DNA of 52,682 nt, the filler included, from Circinaria calcarea (lineage: Eukaryota): assembly GCA_051942165.1 (NCBI GenBank). It is 2 parts of 2 records of this genome, joined end to end, with 100 filler letters (N's around TTAATTAATTAA, not from the genome) between each part and the next. Parts side by side here need not be neighbours in the genome. Positions count along the whole stretch, not along the records: positions 1 to 26,319 come from JAVECS010000080.1; positions 26,420 to 52,682 come from JAVECS010000081.1. One strand, written 5' to 3'. Below are positions 22,950 through 35,526 of the stretch, piece by piece. The translations under genes were made by a program, and so were the position numbers. Under the pieces are notes generated by a model. That model ran no database searches. It was not told the origin of the DNA and saw nothing but the letters and a program-made list of their open reading frames with translations. Each line of letters opens with the position of its first letter. Within the stretch, counting starts at the first letter, position 1.

Positions 22950-23904
22950 ATGCACCTTATGCGGTTTGCCTTACCTTTGGTCGTCGGCTTGAGTGGGGTG
23001 TTATCGTACCAGGATACCTACCAACATCAGCTGTAAGCTTCCTAAAGGTTCCATATAAACTGACAGTGACCCATGCCATAGTCGAGATCTAGAAGAGCGC
23101 AGTGTTAATAGCTATCTTGACGCCCGATATGCCTACGACTCCCGCGTAGACCCTCGAGATTACGGCAGGGTTGACACGAGAGAAGCAGATCCCGAACCTC
23201 TCGCAGATTATGACTAGCTTATCCACCTCATAGCCCGAGGCCTCTTACCCCCTCGTGCTGCGCCCAAATCGCCTTCCAAACCTGCTCCTAAATCGCCCTC
23301 CAAACCCGCCCCCAAATCACCAGCCTCGCCCAAAGCACCTTCTTCTGGCAGTCACAAACTCGACGGCAGCCCTGCTGTACAAAAGGCAGTTCAAAGCTGC
23401 TCCCGTGGTCGCAGCTCTCATAAACGCGCTGATGACTTTCATTACGACATGGAAAAAATGGGCGCCACAGGGTGGCATGATAACAAAATGCTCACGACGA
23501 AAGGGCTCTGCGGGTGCTTCGTTGCCGCCATAGTCGCCCCCACTGGTGCCATGGCAGCCCATATCCCGCATGGCAAAATGGTGCAGCAAAATGGACAAAG
23601 GGTACAGACAGTGACCGCGGATCAGCAAGCGACCCTGCAAATGCGCGAGCTGATGACTTACTATAACACACACAAGGCCTTGGTACCGCATGCCAAGGCG
23701 GTTCTGGTACAGATGAATGGTGCGTCAAACAGCGCCACGGCTATTATCAAGAATGCTTTAGAGGGGGCGGGCCTATCGGTAACCCCATATGTCTATGCTA
23801 ACGTCGAGTATGGGAAAGGGGTATTTACAATTGATGGGTCAAATACCCAGGACAGGTATTACCCGACCATGCGGCTTGATGTGCATGATGTGCCTCTTCG
23901 TTAG
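22950..23904 (+). pseudogene. secreted pre-pro-protein with putative CNF1/CheD-like cysteine deamidase domain; one in-frame TAG at 23215-23217 (~301 aa if read through)
   Basis: Signal-peptide-like MHLMRFALPLVVGLSGVLS; canonical intron 23033-23081 (gtaagc..ctgac..catag); pro-region LEER/LDAR/READPEP/LIAR; (APKSPSKP) repeats; KR site (HKR|ADD); C-terminal domain with TTKGLCGCFVAAIVAPTGAMAAHIP. The whole model is one frame apart from the single stop. Confidence 0.7.
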
Positions 23905-24337
23905 GTAGGGGCTTCGGTGTCTGCGTTCCGTTTGCCATATCTGTCTTTGTGCTTGGAGATGGGATCTTGGAACTTGCTCTGTGTTTTCCTGCTTTTTGTT
24001 GCTTCCAATACGTTAAGTCGGACCGCGAGTTTGTATAATAGCAAGTTTTGTTATTTGGCCATAGAAATTGAATTACCGCAGCTCTAGCGAATTGTTTTCA
24101 ATCTCCATGACAAAGAACTCTCTAGACGAATCGCCCCTGACAAGACTTGGCTTTCTTATGGTCAGCTGTGAATCTGCTGGTTCCTCAGCCTTTCCCTCTA
24201 TACAATTCGGTACCTGTATAACGTAGCAACCTTCCACTAGTTTTACGTCTCCAAGTTGCCAGCACGACGCATTCAAGTGTATTATTCGTGGTTGTATATG
24301 GTGAGCAAAAACAATTCTGCCGAGAAGGTATGTGAAT

Positions 24338-25322
24338 TCAATCTTGAAGCATGGCAGCAATCTCATTGTACCCCTTCTGCATAGCAAGTTGCAACGCCGT
24401 CTGTCCCTTCGAAGATTTAATCTCCCGATCCGCCCCTTTCCGCAGCAACAGCTCCACCATATCGCTTTTCCCGGATTTCGCGGCATGGTGCAACGCATTC
24501 TCCATTCCGAGAATGGAAATAAGTGAGCCACAACGATCGCCGGTATAATTTTGCATCGCAAACGCATCCACGGGGGCTCCTTGATCCAGCAGGAACTCGG
24601 CCACTTCTAAGCGGCCGGGTTCTCCTCTGGCGTGTGCGATGGCGGCATTTGCAATAACGTCTGTGGACTTGACGTTCGCACCGTTGCTGATTAGCAGACG
24701 GATTACGGCGAGAGGGGCGCGCTGGGCGGCGCTTTCCATGGGGATCCTGCCCATGGCGCAGGTAGCGTTAGGGTCAGCACCGTGTGACAGATACCATTTG
24801 ATAAGCTCTTCGTTGCTCACTACTAACCTGGGTCTTGTTAGGATGAGTGCGATTGGCTGAATGCGGAAGCGATGGACCGCGTACTCACCTGAGCGTAGGA
24901 CCGACAGTCAAGTCAAAAGGTTGGTTGATATTCCAGCCGTGATCAAGGAGTATTTGGAGAGTGGATGTACTTCCGGTCTTGACAGCACGATCTGCTGCTA
25001 CTTCGGTTGCCATTGGATCGATTGGGATACGCTGGTCTAGTAGATAGGAGACTACCGAGTCATGTCCGTTCCTTACAGCGGGTTCAACGGCGGACTGGAA
25101 GTAATCCAGGGCCTCTTCCGCGATTAGACCTCCGTTGGCTGGTTCCCGCCAAGAGGAGAGGATGTGTTGGGCCTCGAAGACGTTGCCAGCGGCGGCCACA
25201 TTATCTAACTTGATTGACGCGGCTAAGAGGAGTCGGTTCGGGTTTGGGAATCGTGAATATCCAACTGGAGGCAGCTGTGGTCGGTCGACATCTGGCTCTA
25301 TAAATCCACATGTATTCATCAT
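24338..25322 (-). CDS. ankyrin-repeat protein, ~307 aa
   Basis: Intron 24828-24888 (gtgagt..cag); ankyrin motifs LLDHGWNIN, YLSHGADPN, LISNGANV, LLDQGAPVD, ALHHAAKSG..LLRKGAD, GQTALQLA. Confidence 0.9.
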
Positions 25323-25863
25323 TGATTGATGTAAATATATAAGCAGTGGATTATGAGTAACCACAAGGAAAGGTAAATAGAAAAAGACTGGACATGATGT
25401 ATCTAAGAAAGGTAACTAGAGGAAACTCGGAAAAGGCCTGCGAACCGTAAGGCGAATCTGTGGCCAAAATCCTTGAAGGGGCAGGTCAATGTTCCAATGA
25501 TTGGAGGTTAGAGGAAGGGAGAGGAAGGATGAATAACTATCCGCTGATGACAGAAGGGGGCTGGAGCTGTAATCACCAAAACACTCCAGTACGTTACTTG
25601 AATCTTACAGGGTTCGTGCGTACTGAATCTCTCGGATCAAAAACTAAAAGCCGCAAGCGCGGGCGGCCGGCCATGCAGTACAATTGCAACGACGTCGATG
25701 TCCCCGTCTCCTGGATTCACCATAACAGCTTAGAAGACTGCCGCGCTCCTGCGCTCCTGCGCTCTCTTACGTATCAGTCTATATATTAATTTACCTTCTC
25801 TTCTGCCACCCCGGCTTGCTGGACTCCTGGGTACACCCCCATAGCCTCATAGCACTTCATAAG

Positions 25864-26319
25864 ATGGCAAAACAAGTCAGTCGTTCCGCAAGTCACTGTC
25901 GTTCGTTCAGTGTGGGTAACAAATTCTAACAGCTGTCTCCGCCATTCTCTGCCGCCACCGGCCCTGTTAGATCAAGGCCAGTATCACAGGCGATAAGCTC
26001 GATATCTACATTGCCGACCGCATACCATGATCAACACCACAATCTAGTACGCCTTGGCAGCGATCCCGTAGCTTTCATAGTTCTGGATCTAGACGTCTCG
26101 AGACTCAACCAAATACACCGTTACTTGTGGCTTGCGGGAAGACCAACAAGCGCTCGATCTTTGCACCGACAAAAGATAATGGAACGCCAAATCATAATCA
26201 CCGAACAGGCCGACTTGCATTTGACATGGCATGAGTCGCGGATTTTCCTGAAGCCTCTCCCGGACTATATCTTCGACGAGCAATTGTGGAAAAAGACTAT
26301 TTGCAACAATGCTGTATTG
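25864..26319 (+). CDS. DUF6601-like fungal protein, 5' part truncated by the assembly gap
   Basis: ATG 25864, intron 25876-25932 in frame with LDVSRLNQIHRYLWLAGRP..RSLHRQ..ITEQADLHLTW..RIFLKPLPDY, a motif string I recognise from this family; runs into Ns. Confidence 0.75.
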
Positions 26320-26419
26320 NNNNNNNNNNNNNNNNNNNNNNNNNNNNNNNNNNNNNNNNNNNNTTAATTAATTAANNNNNNNNNNNNNNNNNNNNNNNNN
26401 NNNNNNNNNNNNNNNNNNN
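26320..26419. other. artificial assembly/contig-joining spacer
   Basis: Exactly 44 N + TTAATTAATTAA (26364-26375; stops in all six frames) + 44 N = 100 nt. Confidence 0.95.
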
Positions 26420-27085
26420 TCCTGTGAATTACCCCGATTGCGCCAAATGGGACTGTTCCTGTAGATCAAGTCCATCTGCCATTTCTACTCGCCGACTGCT
26501 TGGGCTTGAAGCGCCACGCCCTGCTTGGATGATATCGTTGGGCGCGAATACACCTCCTCATAGGATCCTGCCTTCAAATTGCAATTGCCAATTCCAATTC
26601 CCAGGCCTGCATCATCTCCCCAGGCGTTGTTGCTGCACGTCTTACGCTGCTATCTAAATCAATAATCCCGTTGCACTTTTTCCCACCCACCCTTCGCAAT
26701 TTATTATTATCTCGTCTTCAATTTTTCCTTTTCCTATACCTTACTAGGCGCATACCTGCATATCCTGAAGCAAGACTTAGCCGCTATTCTACAAGCCGCA
26801 GGACGGAGCTGCACTGCTGCAGGTCCTGCGCTTTCGCTGCCAATTTCGGGTCTCGGGGCACTGTAGGCTTGGGGGGCAGCGTTGTCAACGTCTTCGGGGA
26901 ACTTATTGACGCACAACATCCGGGTACGTGTTCATCCAAGATCCATGAAACGTTTGAAGTCATTCTTCTAAGAGCAACCGTCCTGCGCGTCCCCCCTGAT
27001 GCAATGCGATTAGATATTTTGGGCATACTCATCCAGCGGATACAAGAGCTAATCGAGCTTAGAGATTGACCGCGAGGCCTTCGCC

Positions 27086-30000
27086 ATGTCCACCGGACAG
27101 CTGGCAAGGCAACGCTCTTCATCTTCCGGGCAGAGACCTGTTTTCAGGTCCACGACTCCTGCGAGCCATCACGGTACGGCCAATGCCGACTTTACCTTCG
27201 AACCCTGTGCTGCTACTGCCTCCATCTTCCTCTTTGCCCAGGGCAACTCGGTACTATGCCTCCATCATGACACATTGGCACTTGAACGTCGGTTCGAAAA
27301 ACACAAGGACAATGTCGTCTTGGTATCGGTGGATAACGTTAGCGAGCGGGGGTCTGGTCGTTTGGTGGTTAGCTACGATGCGGGACAAAATGCTATTGTG
27401 TGGGATCTGTTTACGGGGGATGAGATTGCTAGGTTTGCGTCATACGAGCAGATCAAAGTCGCTGCGTGGATGAAGAATGGCAATGTTGCCTTTGGTATAA
27501 TGCGATTCGAAGGGCATGATTGGAGGCTATTGCTGAATACCCACAGGAAATACCCAAGGCAATGTTATTCTATTCGAACCCTCTACTTCGGAGCACATCT
27601 CTGCGCGGACAATCTTCGATCCGATTACAGCATTGGCGCCTGCGTCCGACTGTCAAACTTATGCCATTGGGTTGGTCAAGTCGCTTGCGGAGCTCAAAAT
27701 TGCTATGCTGACAAAAGAGCAGATATATGAATGGCTCGATACTGGTTGTAGCTCTTCAGCCCTCTTTCACCATCCTGCATACCCTATCGACCTCTCGGGC
27801 GCCGTCTCCTATTGTAGGTTTGGCATGGCATGCATCCTCGACCAAGCAAAAGTCGGACATGCTTGCCACACAGAGTTTGGATGGCGATCTAAGGGTCTGG
27901 AGCATTGCAAAGCCCCCCACAGCAGATACTCCCAAGGTCATACGTATCCTGAAGCGAGGCGACAACGCAGAAGCAGGATTGAATTGGATTGCATGGTCAA
28001 AGAATGGTAGGATATTGCAATATTCTGAAGGGTCCGTTCATTCTCAGATTAGGTTAGTTGTTTATGAAGTTATTGCTGATGCTAGCCTTTAGAGAAACCT
28101 TGTCTTGGGATGTGAGAACGAAACATATCTCTTATGAACCAATACCCACAATTGAAGGAATTAAAGCTTTGGCAAATTACGGCCCAACCGCGACCTTATT
28201 TACTGTTGGGCCAGATTTTACCGTCCAGCAATATGATCTGAATCCTCCCAGTCTCGTAAGAACAGCTCGACATAATCCCATTTCGACCTCTGGTCTGTAT
28301 ACAACTTCATCCCAGAGCACCTCAAAGGCCAATACCCCTAAGATGAACTCCTACAGTATACCTGGGGCAGCGCCGCCGATGCCCATGCAGCAGAGTCACG
28401 ATCCCAGACCAGGACCTGCCTCACTATCCACCATCCAGAGAGCTGCAAACGAGATGCAGGCGGTTGAACACGCCCGTAATCTGCGCGCTCAAGTTGGTAG
28501 CCCCGACTCCACTCGCAGCAGGACCGAGTCAGTCAGCTCAGCCTCTTCCGCCGGTGCTGACCGATATCAAAGAAAACCGCCGTCCGTCTCCTCATACGCA
28601 GCTAGTGGTACCACATTCTCGACCTTCTCACCCTCAATGGTTGCACGAGATAGTGTTGGTTCTCCGTTTTTTCCTCGGACCGTTTCCGTTGCATCTTCCG
28701 GAAGGCGCTCGAAAAGCTCACGCCTCCGTCAAGAGGTCATCTATAGCCCTGAAGGGGCCTTTGTAGATCTCTTTCCACACACACGAGCACGATTGAGCAG
28801 TCTTCCATACACGCAACCACAAGCCCTCGATCTGGCGAAGTCGTCCACCGATGACCTTCGAAGGCAGATGCTCCAAGTTGTTTTCGGTTGGGATGGTGAC
28901 ATCGAACCCATGATACGTGATGAAATAAGCCATCACGTACCAGGCTCAATGAACGCTGTTTTACTTTCCAAATGGCTGGGAGAAGTTGACGTTGATATGA
29001 TGGCAGCCGCGATTGCTGGAGGCTCCTCAGGATCGTCGGACTGGATGATGCTGGCGCTAAGTCAAATGAATGGCCAAGGTTCTACAAACAAACTAGGCCA
29101 AGCATTTGTTCAAAGACTTCTACAACAAGGTGATATACACACATCAGCTACGATTCTTGTGGGCATGGGCGACCGAGAAGATGCGGTGGAGGTCTACGTT
29201 TCTCGCAACTACTATATGGAGGCCATACTTCTCACCTGTCTGCTTTTCCCGGCTGACTGGCAGCGTCAAGCTCACCTTGTCAGACGGTGGGGAGAATATG
29301 TAGTGGAGAACTCCCAGCAGCATCTTGCCATCAGATGTTTTTCATGCACAGGTGTTGACTCTTCGGTGCCTTGGGCCTCTCCTACACAGTCGCCGTTTAC
29401 TGGCAATCAGGCACCTCAACCCCTGCCGCAAATAATTAGCCCACCAACCTCACCGCCTCCAACAAATACAAACTTGAGGATGACAGCAAAGAATTCGAGC
29501 TTGAAACTAATCACCTCTTTTGACCAGGCACAATACAAATTTCCAGGGCTGAAGACTGATGATCATACTCCAACAAACGCTCCAGGGATAACTCCCATCG
29601 CCGAGTCAGCTCTCTCTCCTGGAGGGACTCCAAGCACTTATCTTCGTCCACAACTGCAGTCTCGGACTCGAAATAATCTTACAGTGCGAACAGCAACTCC
29701 TGGAGGTTATACTAGGAACCGTCTGCCCTCGATCGGCGAGACCCCTGTGGATTCTATTCCGCCCCCTTTTGGGGCAATTAGACCAAGTGCGCTTCCAACG
29801 CCTAATGATTCTGGTTCAGACAAAGGAAGAGACCAGCGATCCAGCATACAGATGCAGGAAGCTACAGTTCCAGACAGGATTGTGGAAGATCCTCCATTGA
29901 CTTTAAGCTCGGCAAGGTATGACCCAGGAAGTGCGACTCCACAAATGACGCCTCAGACCGCTTTACCCAGTACTGCTGTTAAGCTGCCGTTGCCCGGCTT

Positions 30001-32326
30001 GGGCGAGGACAAATTTGCAGCGTTGAAGGACAAGGCGCGTACGCGTAATGGCTCAAGAGACAGAAAGCCAGACGGCTTACATATCCATATGCCGTCACTT
30101 AGCCAGCTAAATTTGAATGCCTACGCGGCACCTTCCAGCGATTCCTCGCGCGGCGACCATCGAAGATCAAATACCCTGTCTTCTTTGCATTCAAATGGGA
30201 GCATTGGTAGCCGCTTCGACAACAGAAATGATTACAGAAGCCCTCCCGTGACCGGTCAGAGCTGGACTTCGTCTACTAAAAGTCCCAGCATCAGCGGACG
30301 AAGTATGGACCAGTACATTAGCAGCCTCGAAGAAGCCAACTTCTACTCGCAGAAGCAGAAGATAGAGCCTCATAGACGGCATCATACCCGGGACGATGCT
30401 TCCAATGCTACCGATCCTAGTGGACGAATGTCACGAAGTAAGCCGAGGCGCAGAGAGGGGTCTGAGGATCGTGGTCGTGGAGGACCAAAATACATCAGGC
30501 CTGCCAAAAGATCTCCGTCTTCCCCTCGACCAATGTCACCCGTGGATCACCAACAGTACAGAGACGCAAACACTCAAAGCACTGGAACCCAGTTGAACAA
30601 CGATTCATCTCCAGACGAGCTTCGCTCTCAGTCTCGAGGTCAGAGTAGCCGACGGAAAGGTATCTCAGCTCGATCACAGTCCAAGAGGTCCGATTATTCT
30701 CATCGAACAGTTCGACGCCTATCTCCGAATGGTACGCACGACAGCCACCTGGGTAGTGAGGCCAGCTATGATTCGCGGTACGAGTCACGAAGTAGGAAAA
30801 GCAGTCGTACGGCCAGCCCTAATGGTCTGCTCAGTCCTTTCGGTCGCGGGAGAAGCAAGTCAAAAAATAATGGATCATTGGTTCGGTCCCCTTCGTCTCC
30901 TCTTCCCTTTTCACCTCAAGCAAAACTTTACAAAGCAAGCGATGACGAAGAGGATCCTCTGCGGATTGTCGAAGCCAATCGCAACAGACTGAGATCCGCT
31001 CAAAGAAGTACAAGCAGGCGCCCAAGAGAACGGGGTACTTCTGCACGGCGAGAGGTTTCTCCCGATCGCCGAAGAACTCCAATTGAAAGACAATTCTATC
31101 CGACGCCAAGGGCCGACCCATTTTCTCCCCACGACGTATCGACAGACCAGAAGACTTCTGATGGTGAGATTGCCACGTCCGACAGCAACGCGCCATCGGT
31201 GACTCGCACAAAATCTCGCCGCACCCTGAAAAAAGAAATTGCTGCACGGGAACTGGAAGCTCGCCGGGAATCCCTTTCGCAAAGGTCCATGGCTGCTATA
31301 ATCCCGCATCCTTCGAGTATTTCGGCCGGGAGACCGTCATTCGTTGGCCGTGCGCAGACGGATCTCAGTAATAGCCCTACTTCATGGAGTGGCACCCATT
31401 CAGTCCACAGTCAACATGGCGGTCTGAATGAGATTAGCGAGTATGGGCCTAATGAGAGTCGATCTGCCAGCGTTGGGCCTTATGGTTTACCTGCAACTCC
31501 ACGCGCAATGCGCCATCCAAGGTATCAATCCAGGGACACGGATATCCCAGTCTTACCAGAACTACCCGAGACTATGAATCTTTCAAGTGAAAGCTTTGCC
31601 ACCGGTCAGCCTATGCGTGAGCTACCACGTTCAATGTCAGCTCCCATACCTGAGCCGGAAATACTAATGCCAAGCGACATGCCTACCCATCCGGCTTTTC
31701 ATCGTGGCCTACGACCTAGTACAAAGCGCCCAGAGTTTTCACCTTTGGGAGATATTGGCAAACATCAACAAAGACCCTCTTATGATCAACGGAGGCCATC
31801 GTACGAAGCCCAACAAGCTACCAACGGTCATATGATCGCAAGCATTGACCAGACCCTACGAGGGGGGGGATCACTGGATATCATCTCTATTGTCGAAGAA
31901 CCACCTCTGTTGCCAGAACTCCAACATCTGGCTTCGGCTGTTCCTCCTCCACCCCCACCTCCTCCACCGCCACCAGTTTTCCGGCACGAGGATGGTTCTC
32001 ACCACTCGATCAGCAGCGGCAGTGGTGTTGGAGTCATCAACATTGTTATGGATGACATCTCTCGTGACGGCACACCCATGATCGAGGTTGTGAACGGGAT
32101 TCCGGACAAGATTGCCTCTCCTCCTTTGACAGGCCGGTCAACGCCACCTGTTTCGGGTGGCCACCGTCGAGGAAGGAGTATCGATCAATTTGGGAAGGGC
32201 TTCAAGGGTATTGCGGATCGAATGAGGAGTACGAGTCGCGGCCGGAACAACGCAAAGAGTCCAAAGCCGATCCAGGAGTCTGTTATGCCAGCTCCATATG
32301 AGAGTGTGCAGCAGCAGTTCTTCTAG
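27086..32326 (+). CDS. large fungal WD40-repeat protein with central helical (Gemin5-TPR-like) region and long Ser/Arg/Pro-rich disordered C-terminus, ~1691 aa
   Basis: Introns 27495-27546, 27671-27722, 28032-28092 give a 5076-nt CDS; WD motifs AIVWDLFTG, DLRVWS, LSWDVRT; helical block GDIHTSATILVGMGDREDAVEVYV. Probably conserved and not part of a cluster. Confidence 0.88.
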
Positions 32327-32499
32327 TGCTTTAGTGCAACTGGTTTTGCATATCTCTGGGCTGGAGGACTTTCTCGGGGTAGGAATTACGGGATTAGACG
32401 TGTCGCAAGAATCGTTTTTTTGTATTCTACTTTTCATTTTCGGCGTGCCTATGATATCCTTTTCTAGATCGCAAGGGATCGGAGAGTTTCGTACCCAAA

Positions 32500-33260
32500 A
32501 GCAGAGTCCCTTTCAAAAGGATTGTTCTTGGTCTCCGCCATACCAACCTTTATGTAATTCTAAATCAATGAAACCAATACCAGATCATTCACCCCACGCC
32601 TTAGAACCCCCCGGAAACGAGCCGAAAAGCATTTTACAACGCCGGAATACTGACGCGTTAACAAACCTCGAAAGACAGATGCCATATATCTGCTCCCCGT
32701 GGCAGCAAAGGGGTCGAAACGATGATCCACGTAGGCGGGGAAAGCAACCGAAAGTCACAACGAAATGGCCAACCAACAGCACTAATGGCTCCCCATGTAC
32801 ACAGACGGAAGCGGAATAGAAGAACAAGTCGGCTCGGCCGCCACAACAGCCGACGGCAAAAACAGCAGTAAGGCGTACATGGGCCCAGCAACAGAAGCGA
32901 ATGTATATGCCGCACAGCTATACGGAATCCGCATGGCATTAAGAATAGTGACGATCCTCTGCATCAGAACTAAACCAAAAGGAGTGGTAATCTTGACAAA
33001 CAACCAAGCGGCAATCAAAATAGGCCAGTCTATCGTGACAGACAATGGAAGTATTTTAACAAAGCAGGGATTAAGCAGCCGCTCCACTGGATTCCGGCTC
33101 ACACAGGCATCGCAGGCAACGAAATGGCGGACCGACTCGCGAAAGAAGCCGCAAGACACAACGCTCAACGGGCGGAAAAAACCCCGAGGACTTCAACACT
33201 CCGTTCAGCCTGCAGCACCACCCTAAAATAAGCATTGACAAGCAAGTGGGTCCAAAATTG
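32500..33260 (+). mobile_element. decayed non-LTR retrotransposon (Tad1/I-like LINE) fragment, RNase H domain
   Basis: YTDGS, VYAAQLYGI, ILTNNQAAI, then in another frame HWIPAHTGIAGNEMADRLAKEAA (~33085-33153); expected catalytic E and D appear as Q and N; frameshifted. Boundaries approximate. Confidence 0.85.
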
Positions 33261-34276
33261 GCGGGTACGAGGTTGACATTCAGCCTTATTAGTCGGTAGT
33301 TTAAGTACGTCAGTAGCGGGCCGGCTACTCCGTAGCGCCATCTAGTCTTTGGGAATCTACACGTTAGAAGGCGGACAACTGCTATTGGTTTTCTACCTTA
33401 TTTCGTACATCAACCTCGAGAGAACGAGATTAACAGTTTTCTCAATTATGCGGCATTAACTCTCGTTCCCTGATATGAAAGAAGCAGAGCCCTATGACCC
33501 AATGCCGATAACCCTATTATTTGCACAGTGATGATGTTACCATGAGACATGTTATGCTGATGCTGACAAAGTCTTATGGCCGTAACCACAGACTCCGGAC
33601 AAATCGAGTCATTATACACCGCTTCCGCCGGAGCATCTGTCAACTTTCATCCGTGTCACCTGGCACCTCTGCGATTTCAAGTTTTCCGACCCACATCAAT
33701 ATGTGGAGTCTTACCTGTCAGCCGGATTTTCGAGTCACCGTGCTGACAGGACGGTACCAAGGTTGTCTGCCTGAACGGGTACCGACTAAAGAGCACCCGA
33801 AATGGGATCTATCACAGCCCTCGATTGTCGACGCCGCGCAGGCTACAGACGCGTCTTACATCGCCTAAGGAACTGCGCCATGATTCTGCCGCTAAAGGCG
33901 TAGTCCGTCAGTGACCAAGGTGCTTTGCTGACGTCGGCACCATATCGGTTGATAGACCGCCTAAGCTTTCCTCAGGGCCTTTTGACTCATTCCTGTCAGG
34001 ACGCGATTTCAGGGTCGCTTCTATACCTTAGCACGCTACCACGTGGAAGTCTTCGTGTTCAGCGTTCCTTTTGCATGGGCTACATTCAAATCCTAATCAA
34101 TTCGGACACAGGCTTATATCAGCCAGTGATGCTACCTGGTGTCAGCCGTCGGGAGGGCTTATTATGCATTTAAGACAATCCGTCCTGCTCGGAAAGCGGA
34201 GCTCGCTATCCAAACAAACATTCCCCTTCAAAAACTTTTAGAAACCCTCGAGATATCATCCTACTGTGGACGCAAG

Positions 34277-35526
34277 ATGATGCTGGCACTCAGTATCAAA
34301 GCACTAGCGCTTGCAACGCTGACGGCAAGTGCTGCGATCCAAGAGCGAACTTCAAACGTGCAATCCCCAAGAGCAATATACTTCTTATCTACACAGCAGC
34401 CGTCTGCTGAGATATACGCACTGAAGGTACTCTCAAGTGGGCGGGTCACTGCCGGCTCAAAGACACCTCTTGGCCCCGGTGGTCCAGATGTAGACCCAGC
34501 TGCCATATCCCTAATAGCACCACAAGGTGCTGTCCGGATTGTGGACAATGTAAAATCCATTTCCCAGTGAGATCAGCGACCAGAGAGCTAACATTCAGTC
34601 AGCTGCTTTTTGCAGTCAATGCGGCTTCGAACACAGTGTCCTTGTTCGAAATTGACCGTTCCGACCCCACAAAGTTGACAAGAATTGGCCCCCCTGTTAC
34701 CACTCCTCAGTATCCGGTATCAGTAACTGCCTCTTTGAAGAACAAGCTAGTTTGTGTTGCCAATGCGGGTACTCCTACAGGCCTTGGCTGCGCCTCCTTC
34801 TCCCCTGAATCAGGTATCGGAAAGATGGATAATATACGACCATACTTTACACCAGACGGCGCGCCTTCTTCCGGTACATTCAATCTCGTTGGCGGCACAT
34901 TCTTTAGCAGCAATGGAGATGCGGTCTTCACCACCATAATGGGTAACGGAACTACATTCAACGGCTTTCTGTCGGCCTACCCGGTCATCGATGGCGCTGT
35001 GTTGTACGAACAGACCACAAGCTTCCCAGCTGGATTGGCTTTTTTTTATGGAGCTACCACTGTTCCCAATACGTCTGAGATATTCGCAGCCGATATCGGC
35101 ACCGGCGCACTTGTTATCGACGTCAACTCAACGCTGCAAGGTGAAACCAAGTTCATCATCGACCTCCCCGGTCAGATTGCAAGCTGCTGGGCTGAGATTA
35201 GTACCAAGACTGGAACTGGTTACATAACAGATCCTTTCGGCAACAGCACCTACGCGGTTGACGTTCAAAGTGGCACATTCCTTAGCAGACTTAGCACCGT
35301 AGGAGCCGTTGACTTCATTCCAGGCGGAGACTTTTTGTACGTCACTAGCCTCGGAAACGCAGCGAACCCCTTCAATACGAACAATACGACGATCGTCGGA
35401 CCAGCGGTTTTCGTCTTGGATACCCGAGGTAGGAAAGGTAGTCTTAGACATTACCAATCCTTTACGCCGGAAGGAATGAAGGCTTCTGCACAAGGAATGG
35501 CTGTTTTCCCCGCGTCTTCGTCATAA
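34277..35526 (+). CDS. secreted beta-propeller protein, lactonase/3-carboxymuconate cyclase-like, ~398 aa
   Basis: Signal peptide MMLALSIKALALATLTASAA; intron 34550-34602; RAIYFLS, LFAVNAASNTVSLFEI..DPTKLTRIG, YPVSV, VCVANAG, GQIASCW, terminal AQGMAVF. Confidence 0.8.

Noticed and set aside
26364..26375. TTAATTAATTAA as a piggyBac target or regulatory palindrome
   Set aside because: Centred exactly within Ns; it is an assembly linker.
26424..27069. ORFs of 77-132 aa upstream of the WD40 gene
   Set aside because: No domain features; position and pyrimidine-rich tracts fit promoter/5' UTR.
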